The position numbers and the translations under genes were made by a program. A stretch of 54,174 bases of DNA from Catajapyx aquilonaris (lineage: Eukaryota). Location of the stretch: NCBI GenBank assembly GCA_000934665.2, contig KZ538684.1:1-54174 (forward strand), read 5' to 3'. Below, piece by piece: positions 1 to 10,592 of the stretch; the first letter of the stretch is position 1, and each line of letters opens with the position of its first letter. The notes beneath the pieces were generated by a model. That model was not told the DNA's origin and made no database searches. It saw nothing but the letters and a program-made list of their open reading frames with translations.

Positions 1-2455
1 GGGGGGGGGTGACAAATAATGAACGGGGTTGAAGAAAAAAAAAGTTGGGCGGAAATCGCTATTTTTGTTTTCCTTGGGTCCGGGCCAAAACAGCCGGCTA
101 GAAGTTTTAGGGGGGGCACCCAAGTCGCTGTGAGAGATTCAGATGGCCCATTCTCCAATTTATTCGCGGGTTCGATTGGCCCACCAAAGTGGGTCATCGG
201 AAATGCAATTTTTTTTGTACCCACTGTAACAACTGGAATGTGTACATATCCAGGATGGNTGTGGCTACTCAGGAATGGTCTGCTTCCAATCTTCAAGCCG
301 ACTAATTACACGGTGGACTCAGAAAACGCGCCATGTAAATTGCAGGGCATTAGGATCCAGCGTAAGTGATCAGCTGCATTCCACAATGCAGACGTATATA
401 TTTTTATACATTCCAAAGACGCCATAAATTCCGATTTTGGGTCTCAGGTGTACATTCCGTACGAGAAATGTTTTTTTTAAAACAAATTTTTGAAAAAAAA
501 GAAGAGAAGAGGTTGATGGGAGAGACAACCGGTTTTTTCCAACCCCCCCCCCCTGTGGCAGAATCCTTTTAACAGGTCGGTTCTGCTGTGCCAATTTTAA
601 CATTTGACCATGGCAATTTCCAAGGTGAACATGGTGCCCTCCTGTATGTATGCAACCTGGAGGAACATGGGAGCTAGATAGGTTGCTGACTGCCTGAGGG
701 CATTCACCTAGCAGGTGAAACCAAAGGGGTAACCATGGTATAGCCTCGGTGCTAGTTTTATTAACGTGGTTGTGTCCTGGGAGGAAATGTATGTTTTTGA
801 GAGCTAAAAGGCAAAGTAGGAAGCTGTATAGGTGCTGGAGGTTCGCTCCCTCAGGTTACCCCGTTTCTCTCCGTAGCAACGGTATGACATGGGTTATAAA
901 TAATAATTTTGAAAGGCTGAGTCTTATCGTATTAATTTACATGTGGGCTTTCAAAGTCTTCCCTTTGTGTTGGCAAAGAGCAACGTCCGCCGTAACTTCG
1001 TAACGCGGAATGTGTAACTTAATTATGAGGTTGCTTCCGGAAGCTATTTTTTGATAAAGGTTGAAGGTGCCGAAGTATTTTTCGAATATTTTGCATATTT
1101 AATTAGAGACGAATCAGGCAAATATTCAGCCCAGATTCATGTTCAAGTAGCCTTACCCATCTCAGTAGCAGTCAGAATGGTCCTGGGTTCGATTCTCCAT
1201 TTTTATGCTCCAGTTTGTGACACTCCCCGTAAAATATTAATATTCACAACTCATAAAAGTTACTTACGAGCTTACGAGCAAATCTCTTGAACTTTTTTAG
1301 ACCCAGATTTTTTCGTTTTTTTTTCGCTTTTTTTTTTTTTTCAAAGCGGGGGTTTTGCGCATTTTAATCACAAAAGGTTTTATGATGGCCATAAAAAAAG
1401 TTCGTGACGGAGGGAATCTCACGACAATAGTCGATTCGGTAAAACCCCACCCTTTTTAAATGACGCCGATTTGCACACAATTACTACCAGTGTAAGCGGC
1501 TCATCCGGATTTATGTATGAAAAAAAAGGGTTGGACCAGAATTATTTAGGCTACGATCCACCTTGACGTCACTTTTTTTTTTTCAAACTGTTTTTTTTTT
1601 CTTGTTTGGTACCTTCCTCCTCCACTTCTCCTGCATCCCGGTTTATTTCGGGAGGACCAGTTATAGAATGAAATGGCGGGGCACCAATGAAATTTTCGGG
1701 GCTGGCTCCAACGTGCCGCAAGGTTGCGGTCATCACACGCCTAGAAAGACGGTCGAAACGAGGATATGGTACACATGTGTACACAACACGTCGGAAATGT
1801 TTGTCTCTGGACGGGAACACAGACCATTTTTCTGTCCGGTATGTCACATTTTTTTTGTTGTTTTGGATGTACTTAGGTTGCGTAATAATGCCGGATTTTT
1901 GGGGACCAGATTGTGCGGGGTTCGAACAGGGGATGTAACGGCTTGACTATTGCTTTTGGAACTACTTTTAGACTGGGGCTGGCCAACACCCAAAAGTTGA
2001 TGAACTTTTTTTTTTTTGAAATATTCATCCACACATTTTGCTATACTGCTTGTGGCAATTATGTCATACAATGTGGGCAACAGGTGGGAATTTACATTAG
2101 GAGTCATCTCCCGGGGGTCACCTGTTGCCTCTCGGATGTTGACTCCCAACCTCCACCAAAAATGAACCCGGATATGGAATATGCAAATTTACGTTTCAAA
2201 ATTTCAAAAAATCTGGAATATTATATTTGCATAATATAGATTTGCAAATCCTGATATCAGCCTTAGTTTTTGGGTGATGGGGGTTATGGCCTGTGAGAGC
2301 GTCAGATGCGGGCATACACACTGATGAGGGAATATGGGCTGCTGAATATTAATGCTTGGTGGGATTTGTCAGCTGGAATCACAGCTTGCTTCCCCCCTCT
2401 TCAAATTTGTTCAAAAGCTGGTTGTAAATAGGGTTCCAACAGTATTCATGCATGA

Positions 2456-2781
2456 GGGGAGGCGGAGTGGCGCTGCGGAAACGTTACGCGCCCATGGATA
2501 TAAGGGTTCCAGGTTCGATCCCAAGCTCGGGCATTCCCCCTTCATCTCGTGCAGAGTTGGGTCGTCTCTGGCTTCGGCTAGGGTGGGATTCCTTGAGACT
2601 AACCACCTGGGGGAACTCACAAAATTACCATATGAGACATTGCAGTGCTCCTTCCACTCCTCCTCCCACTAATCCCTGCCCGTGGGCCCGGGTGTTTCGT
2701 TAAAGGTTCCAGTTGTGTACAAGTTGTACATATAGGTCCGTGCAATACCCCAAGAGGGGTCAAAGCACTACCTGGATTATT
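2456..2781 (+). mobile_element. tRNA-derived SINE, family A
   Basis: A-box-like GGAGTGGCGCTGCGG and B-box GGTTCGATCCC head; ATT-type tail; 15-bp TSD agtattcatgcatga (2441-2455) / agtactcatgcatga (2782-2796); second copy on - at 47202-47541. Confidence 0.85.
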
Positions 2782-3066
2782 AGTACTCATGCATGAAGCT
2801 GCTAATTGAATAGGGTGCTGTGACACTAGTAGCTTTATCGCACATTTTGGCATTGTTAGTACATAATGCAGGAATTATGCGGGACAAACCTGTTCATACT
2901 AATATGTTGGTTTCGGAGGGGATGGGGCAGTGGAAAAAGGGTGTAGGAGGAGAGAGTGACGTAGCAGTGGCGCCAGAGAGGCCGCCGACTGGCGCCAGTA
3001 GAACGGACACGCCACTAAATGAGCCCTGTTTGCCAAAGAAAGCGGCCTTAACCCCCCCCCCCCCCC

Positions 3067-3251
3067 NNNNNNNNNNNNNNNNNNNNNNNNNNNNNNNNNN
3101 NNNNNNNNNNNNNNNNNNNNNNNNNNNNNNNNNNNNNNNNNNNNNNNNNNNNNNNNNNNNNNNNNNNNNNNNNNNNNNNNNNNNNNNNNNNNNNNNNNNN
3201 NNNNNNNNNNNNNNNNNNNNNNNNNNNNNNNNNNNNNNNNNNNNNNNNNNN
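3067..3251. other. Assembly gap (N-run) between poly-C and poly-G tracts
   Basis: N-run seen directly; other gaps at 27791-27826, 30273-30343, 36033-36038. Confidence 0.99.
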
Positions 3252-4537
3252 NGGGGGGGGGGGGGGGTGGCTGCGTAATAAGTAACAAAAGGACCACATG
3301 CTGCTGCATTGTTGGGAGATTTTAGTGCGGCTGTACTCTTCGGCTCAGTATAATCTCTATAGTTCACTCTTGGGGTATGAAAAGTCATTGCCACACACAC
3401 TGTACAATGTTGATTGTACGGTAATAAAATAGAGGACTTTTCCATGCGTTTAATACGCTTACTGTTGGCTAAGCACTGGTATACTGTATTATGTGACTTC
3501 CCAATCCCAGATATTCCCATTGGTAGTCCTTTAAAAAATTATGGAAATATGCATATTTGTAGTGTAGGATGGTGGATGTTCTGTAATCCTGCTATTATTT
3601 GGGGAGAACAAAAATTTTTACAGCCTGCTTCCAGTGGAATTCAGAAGTGTTGGTGAACTTGGTGGTGTTGCCTTGGCGTTTAAAAATTTTTAACATTTAA
3701 AATTATGATTAGGTTAATTAGGGAACATGTTGTTGTAATAGATCAGAATAATGAGTTCTAATTTTAATACAGTATTGACTTGTATTCATAGAGAGATATG
3801 ATGTGCTTTTATTATTGTTACATTCAGTACATCAACCTGGGTCACAGAGTGTGCGCCTTATTTGTGTCTGCGTGGCAAGGTAATGTTAATTACTCATATG
3901 AAATGTGATTTGACATGGGAAATGGGACATGGGAAAACTGACAGTGATGCTAGTGAGTGGCTCTGACCACAGTAAGCATAGTCATTATTGTGCAATTAAG
4001 ACAGTAGAAATGCACATTTAATATTAATGTCAATGATCAGAAACAGCAACAAAAAATATATTCTTGGTGGAATAACCTAGAAGTAAAAGAACTACTGCTG
4101 TTAATTATTGCCATTGGCCCATCCTGTGCATTAGGTGTGGATTAGGTGTGCATCAGCAGCTAAGTATTGTGGTAATAGCAGATGTGCAACTGGTCTTGAA
4201 TATTGCACATAATTGGAGATTTTCTCCGTTCATACAACTGGGATCTTGTTAGTTAAGGAAAAATTGGTAGTACTGCACATAAGGTATGTGATTCAGATTA
4301 CAAGAATGGCATGAAAATAATTCATTTACTTTGTAGGGGCTAGGTAATAGGTTTATGTAATGCAGGCATATATGATTGTTTTAATATTGCTTTCCAATAT
4401 TGTTGTTTTTTAAAAAGAAGAGAAGGGTAGAGTAGGGTGTCAGTTCCTTCAATACATCATTGGAGCTATAGAAAAAGCTATAGAATATGCAATGTAGTGT
4501 TCAGATCTGAGTTCTAATTTGTTTGCTCCAGTTAGAC

Positions 4538-4774
4538 CAGTGGTTCCCAAACATTTTTTGGTCACGGCCCGCATCAGATAGGGAAAATATCTCGCGGCCC
4601 ACCTAATGTGCCATTTACACCTCGTCACCTCCCTTATTGAGAGCTGCAAAAATCATGCTACACAATATATGTATTTTTTTTACGTACTGTGCTCTTGCTC
4701 CTCATTTCGCAAGATCATTATTTCATAGTTAAAAAAAAAATTAAAGCTCGCGGCCCATAGTTTGGGAACCACTG
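4538..4774. mobile_element. hAT (Charlie/Buster-like) MITE
   Basis: TIR CAGTGGTTCCCAAAC...GTTTGGGAACCACTG; perfect 8-bp TSD AGTTAGAC at 4530-4537 and 4775-4782. Confidence 0.92.
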
Positions 4775-4788
4775 AGTTAGACCATACT

Positions 4789-4908
4789 ACCGAAGCAGGT
4801 TGGCATAGTGGATAGGGCGTCCAACTGCTAATTGGGAGGTCCTGGGTTCGAATCCCGGAGCCCGCAACCCTGGCCGTAGTTTTCTGTGGTTTTCCACGGT
4901 CTCCACAG
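4789..4908 (+). mobile_element. tRNA-derived SINE, family B (3' truncated)
   Basis: A-box TGGCATAGTGG, B-box GGTTCGAATCCC, body GTTTTCTGTGGTTTTCC; matches the full copy on - at 31658-31966. Confidence 0.8.
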
Positions 4909-6405
4909 TCAGACCCCCCCGTTTTCGTAATATTTAAAAACCATAATTTTTATTGAACATACTTTGACCTTCAAATAAATCTAAAAGTACCTTTTTACAC
5001 GTTATAAAATTAACTGACATGTAATTACAAGTTTATGATTTGCATTGCAACGATACAAACGTTCATTTCTGCAACTTTTCAACTTCAGGAAATGGTGACA
5101 AACGGTAACAGCTAATTATTTTAGAATTTTGTTGAGATTGTTGTCACACTAAATTTAAAAAAGTGCCTTTGGCTCCGTAGCTGGGGCCCTAGGCAGAAGT
5201 CCAGCCCTGGCTGAATTGTTGGATCCTTAAGACGGAGACTAAAACTAGTGCTAAAACAGCCTGTATGTAGATCCATTTGTCTGTAGGTTAAACTTGCTAG
5301 GCAACATTTACCAATGCACACCAACACGCACCACCTTTGGAATAACCACCCTTCTATACTGTCTCCTATAGCTCACATTTGAATTTAGCTGATATTGTCA
5401 TTGAAATTAATGTTGTGGACACTCATTTCCACTCACTCCTGCTGTCCACTCCCCTGCAAGCATGGCAGTGTTGCACATAAAGCGTGTTCCAAGTATCTGG
5501 GTCCTTTTAGTTATTGCAAATATCATCCGATGACCAAAGTTGTTATTTTTGTGTAGCTTTTTGTGCCCTGATCGAGGTGCACAATTATTCCCAGGTGGGT
5601 TCAAATTTAGCAGCTTCTATATAATAATTGGGCATCTTAATCACACAAAAATAATAATCGAAATTTGCGATAACTAAAAAAGACATGGATACTTGGAACA
5701 CAATGTATTGTCTGAAAGCTCGTTTGGGTCAGCAATGTTTTCAATGATGAACAGCTAACTGTTCTGGTTATTTTCCGGCTGGAAATGTTTCCTGGAGGTG
5801 GTGCAACTGGACCCACGGAATCAAACATATTGATGGAAACCCATTAAGGGCCAGTTGACATTAGTGAGCATCTGCAAATTTCCCTTATGTCAATGTGAGC
5901 TCATTGTTGAAACGTGTGGTGTATTATTCAGAAAAGTTATTTTTCTTGGGTCCATTGGCAAGAAATATTTTCTCATCATTGCTTTGTTGTGATAAATATT
6001 ATGCTGTAAAATTGCCTAAGTGATTGAATAAGCTAAGTCAGGTAAAGGGTATAGATTTGTTACGCAATAATTATTTCAAACCTTCCATAATGCAATAGGA
6101 TCTGTAAAAAATATAGCCAAAGGAAAATTGATCTCACACACAGTCTGTGGGGTCACATTGTCATTGCAGACAGGTTATATGTCAAGCCATTTGCAGTTGT
6201 GGGTATGAAGGGATGTGACCTGCAGATTAAAAGATGTATGTACACAGAAGGTGGTTTGTGCAGGCATCTGGCAGCAGCAGGCAACTGCTAATTTTTGACA
6301 GTCAGTTGCTGCATTTCTGTTAAGCTCTGTGTCCAGGTGTCCTAACTCTGACACGATCTCTCTGGTCATGAGGACACTTTTTAAAACCTGTCTCCTTGTC
6401 CCCAG

Positions 6406-6612
6406 GCGATGGTGTGCATAGAAGACCATGGTGCAAGTTAGCCTACTGGGAACACCAGCAGCGAGTGGGAGAGTTGTACCAAGTCTGCGTGGCCACAGTT
6501 CACGTGTTTTCCGACACCAATCAGGTAGATGGATTGTGTCTTGAAGCCCTGGCAGCAAGGCATCCACCCAACAATGAGGCCATTCGACGAACACGTGAAA
6601 AGATAGGTCTAG
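6406..6612 (+). CDS. SMAD6: Inhibitory Smad (Smad6/7, Dad orthologue), penultimate coding exon, N-terminal half of MH2 domain
   Basis: Peptide PWCKLAYWEHQQRVGELY...DGLCLEALA...IRRTREKIGLG is typical I-Smad MH2; acceptor ttgtccccAG at 6404-6405; phase-1 donor G|GTATGG joins in frame to 8473. MH1/linker exons not found in the window. Confidence 0.93.
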
Positions 6613-7490
6613 GTATGGCAGTTTTCCTTGACATTGAAATTGTCTATTTCCGAATATTATTTTAAAAATCTGCATGTGACTTTGTTTCTGTGGGATTTTA
6701 TGAACGAGTTGTATGTTCCTTTTGAATGTAATGGAATAATAATTTGACAAGGGATTGATGTTAGGTGACTGATCTAGAATAATTGTAATTATCTCGCTTT
6801 TGACAGAGAAAATTCATGCATGGTTTAAAAGATCTTATGAATGGTATCAGGAAGGGCATTGCTTTTAGAATTGTAAATCTATTGAATATTTCACATGACT
6901 TACTACAAGTAGTTACAAGAAACATGACTGGATGTTTTTTTAAGGATTGGTGGAGGGCACCACAAACTGTAAATTCCCTTTGTGTTCTAGATCTGTGCAT
7001 TTCAGCTTATGTTTTTTTTTTCTTCTTCCACGTTTCAATATATTTTATCCTCCTGTCATCTTCAATTAAGTTCATTTACTCACTTTCCAACACCTTTCTT
7101 TAGCCTTGTGTTGTGAAAGTTGAATGAAATGCTTGCATCATAACAGGGTGGCATGATGGTTTAGACCAACAGTCTTGAACCTGTTTGCTAGAACACTTGC
7201 AATAAAATCATGTGTGGCTTTTTAAAATAATACTAACCTATACAAAGCCTTGTTCCCACTGGTGCATTTTTTGCTTCTGTGGTGGATGGTTTGGGTGTCT
7301 TTAAAAAGTGAGGTAATTTGTATAGCCTATAGTGTTTTGGAATTCAGACCATATTATTATTTGAAGAAATGTTGCTTACACCCAGAAGTTCTGGTGGCAC
7401 CCTGAAGGAGGAGGGGGAAGGGGAGATCAGGGAGTTGTGCCTAGGAGAATACACCTTCAGTTCTAAGCAGCCCCAATGACACTCCTCTAA

Positions 7491-7725
7491 TACGGTAGAG
7501 TAATTACTGTGCCTCGGCCAGGCTAATATGTGGCTCTGCCAGCGCTACATCGTTCGCTATACCGCCATCTTGTCAAAGTGCATCTGGTGGTAGGTAGCGG
7601 GTGAGTCTGCCCATTGGCTTGATCTTTCTTTGCTTCCACAGACTTACCACGTCATATAGTGAACGATGCTGCACCTCCAGCGCCAAATTTCAGCCTGGCC
7701 GAGACACAGTAATTACCCTACCATA
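7491..7725. mobile_element. MITE with TA ends (Tc1/mariner superfamily-like)
   Basis: TIR TACGGTAGAGTAATTACTGTGCCTCGGCCAGGCT ... AGCCTGGCCGAGACACAGTAATTACCCTACCATA in the last Smad intron. Confidence 0.8.
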
Positions 7726-8472
7726 TCCATACGGCTAGGGGGGAAGTGACAGGGGGCTGGTTTTAAGATTTGGTGGGCACAGGAGTAGATATTTTCGTGT
7801 GTTGTTGTGCCCCTATCCAGGTGTCCCATTACTCCCAAGGGGTCAAGTGCAGCAGATGCTATATAATATATAATAGGGCACCTGGATTGCAGTGCAACAT
7901 TACAAGCTACAAAAAAAAAATAACCGCTTCAAGTGAAATTTCCTATAACTGAAGGGATTAATATCCTTGGAACATCCTGCATGTTTTTAAAAACATTTAC
8001 TTTGAACATGCCCTTGTCCCACCTTATCCTATTCTGTGCTGTCCTTTGTTTTACGTTTTGATGCTTGGAAAGTCTGGTATAGCATCACACAAGGAAATGG
8101 TGTTACAATCAATCAGTAAAAAATGTCCTAATAATGTGATACAACCTGACAGTAATGTGCAGCCCCCAGTTTAAATATCCCTGACGTAGCACAAAGGACA
8201 CATTGAGCACATTGTAATATCACCTTAATTATGAGTCAAGGTCTGTAGCCTACCTATTACATTTCATCACATTTTGCTCGACTCGTGATGTACAAGAAAA
8301 TTCACTGTGTAGGTTGTAGGGATCACCCTGTAGTGGTGTGCTAACTCACAAGATCTGAGAAAACAAGCAAGTCACATACTGAGTTAAGAAAATCAATTGC
8401 ATGCTAAGTTGTTTATCATGTTGCAATTATTACTTCAGCAAATAACTTAGATCGTGTCTCTTCTTGTTTCAG

Positions 8473-8801
8473 GACTTAGTCTAAGTCAGGAAGAAGATGG
8501 AGTGTGGGTTTACAATAGATCAGAGAGTCCACTCTTTGTGAACTCACCAACTCTGGACTCTGCGCACTCCAGGACCTTGATGGTGCATAAGGTGTTGCCA
8601 GGCCAGTCAGTCAAGATCTTTGACCACGTGAAAGCACGCCACTATCAACAGATCTGGGATGCGTGCCCCACGAGGGATGGACCTTTTGACTCGAACACAG
8701 TTCGAATAAGCTTTGCCAAAGGATGGGGGCCAAAGTATTCCAGGCAATTCATAACAAGCTGCCCTTGCTGGTTAGAAATTCTACTGGACCCATGCAGGTG
8801 A
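8473..8801 (+). CDS. SMAD6: Inhibitory Smad (Smad6/7, Dad orthologue), last coding exon, C-terminal MH2 domain
   Basis: [20 protein letters not shown]...[36 protein letters not shown]; no C-terminal SSxS, so not an R-Smad; acceptor cttgtttcAG 8471-8472; TGA 8799-8801. Confidence 0.96.
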
Positions 8802-9483
8802 CATCACCTAGAAGGGCCAGCCGTTCCAGGCTTCGCCCAGTTCGTTCCATGGAGCCCGATGTGGTGGAGCAGCAATAAGACTGTCCAAAACGCTTGTGGA
8901 AGATTTGCTGCTTCCATTGGGGCCAATCTGATGAATTGTTGTCCACTTACAGGGCTCTTTTTTTGCTGTTTGCGACAGTGAACATGGTGGGTCTAGTCCA
9001 TTGACAAACTAACGACCCTGGTGACTTGACAATGCATCACTGGTTCTGCATGCCAACTTGGGTAATTTAAGTAAAGCATTACTCTCAATTGCTCTGGTAC
9101 AGCTAGCTTGCCAACAGAATCAGACAGGTAGCCCAATTGCTGCCAAGCAACCCACTCTGACATGTCTGCATTCTTGAACAGCTCAGTGCAGAAGGAACCA
9201 TTTTTTGTTAGGCATGCATTGTTACTGGATGTGGAAATGAATTTTTGAGGTGGCAGGTAAATTCAAGAGTGGGTGTCCATTCCCAACTCATGTGCAGTTC
9301 AGATATGCCCACCTGCACTTGCCAAACTTGACAATTTAGCCAGACACTATAAGATGAAGATGGAGACAAACCACTAGTACTGAGTGAAAGGTTTGAGACG
9401 GAGGGAAAAGTCACAGCCAGCTGTCAATCTAGGGAACAGGTTGAAAACGCGAAAAGCAATTTTATCCATTGCTTTCTTCCAAG

Positions 9484-10222
9484 TACGAGGGCAAATAAAG
9501 AAGTAATTCACAACTTTTTCATTTCCAAAGCTTCACAACAGAAACAGAAACTGAGATACACATATGAAAGGGCAAGTCTTCCTCTAATTTTAGACATAAT
9601 CACCATACACTTTGGTGCACTTGTCCCAGCAGGACACTATTATTTTTTCCATGTTACTGCAGAAAGAAGCATCAGGATGGCTGGGAAGCCAGTGTATATG
9701 GGCTCTTTCACTTCCTCGTTGTCTTGGAAATGCTGACGGGCCAAGTGCTTCTTCATTGGTACCAAATGATGGTCTTAACCATGGGCTACCATCTCTTCAG
9801 ACCAAAAAAGAAGGCCTGGCCTGTCAAGACCTCAGCGACATCGAGGAAATGTCTGGGAAGCCAGTGGTGGACAGTCTCTTTCACTCCCTCGATCTCGCTG
9901 AGGTCTTGACAGGCCAGGCCTTCTTTTTTGGTCCGAAGAGATGGTAGAGTAGGTAGACCATGGTTAAGACCATCATTTTGTACCAATAAAGAGGCACCTG
10001 GCCGATCAGCATTTCAGCAGCATGAAGGAAGTGAAAGAGGCTGTCTACCACTGGCTCCCCAGCCATCCTGATGCTGTTTTCTGCAGTGAAGTGGAAAAAT
10101 AGTGTCCTGCTAGGACACATGCACCAATGTGTATGGTGACTACGTCTAAAATTAGAGGAAGACTTGCCCTTTCATATGTATATCTCAGTTTCAGTTTCTG
10201 TTGTGACGCTTTGGAAATTATA

Positions 10223-10287
<65 letters not shown>

Positions 10288-10592
10288 GATACCCCGTGAT
10301 AGGCCTCCTTGGGCCTCTTAGGGGATCATCTTTTGAATAACCGTCTTTAATCATTGCCTTTGCTGTGATGGATTTTGATTGCGGGAGGAAACGGGAGAAC
10401 CCCGAGAAAATCCACGCGAACACAGAGAGAACCCATCGAAACTCTATCCACATAAGTATCCTCTGTCCTATCCGGGGATCGAACTCGGGACCTTAGAGGT
10501 GGAAGGCTGCGGCGCTAACCACTCGGCCACCGTGTCGCCTTGACGCTTTGGACATTAATAAGTTGTGAATTACTTTTTGATTCACCCTTGTA
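9484..10592. mobile_element. Mariner-derived fold-back (palindromic) non-autonomous element with a nested SINE
   Basis: TA-CGAGGG...CCCTTG-TA termini; long inverted arms; both arms carry decayed mariner transposase C-terminus (IVSCWDKCTKVYGDYV*, YHLFGP, EVKEAVYHWL). Confidence 0.88.
10222..10540 (-). mobile_element. tRNA-derived SINE with V-domain-like body, family C
   Basis: On -: A-box TGGCCGAGTGG, B-box AGTTCGATCCC, body GTTCTCTCTGTGTTCGCGTGGATTTTCTCGGGGTTCTCCCGTTTCCTCCC, long (TTA)n tail; TSD tgacgctttgga[a/c]atta at ~10204 and 10541. Confidence 0.88.

Noticed and set aside
1..2400. ORFs 19-369, 1563-1946, 1913-2239 as upstream Smad (MH1) exons
   Set aside because: No MH1 motifs (WRWPDL, CCNPYH) or PPPY linker in any frame I read; region is homopolymer-rich and looks error-prone
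2820..3520. Long ORFs spanning the gap
   Set aside because: Length comes from N-runs and poly-C/G
4789..4865. tRNA gene (also 10470-10540, 31890-31965, 2456-2530)
   Set aside because: A/B boxes continue into SINE bodies with tails and TSDs; no complete cloverleaf with acceptor stem
7397..7464. Short similarity with 35261-35336 (GGCACCCTGA...TACACCTTCAGTTCT)
   Set aside because: Too short and decayed to classify; probably an old repeat fragment
10172..10453. Poly-Leu membrane protein ORF (also poly-Asn ORF 48586-48855)
   Set aside because: Translation of the (TTA)n SINE tail
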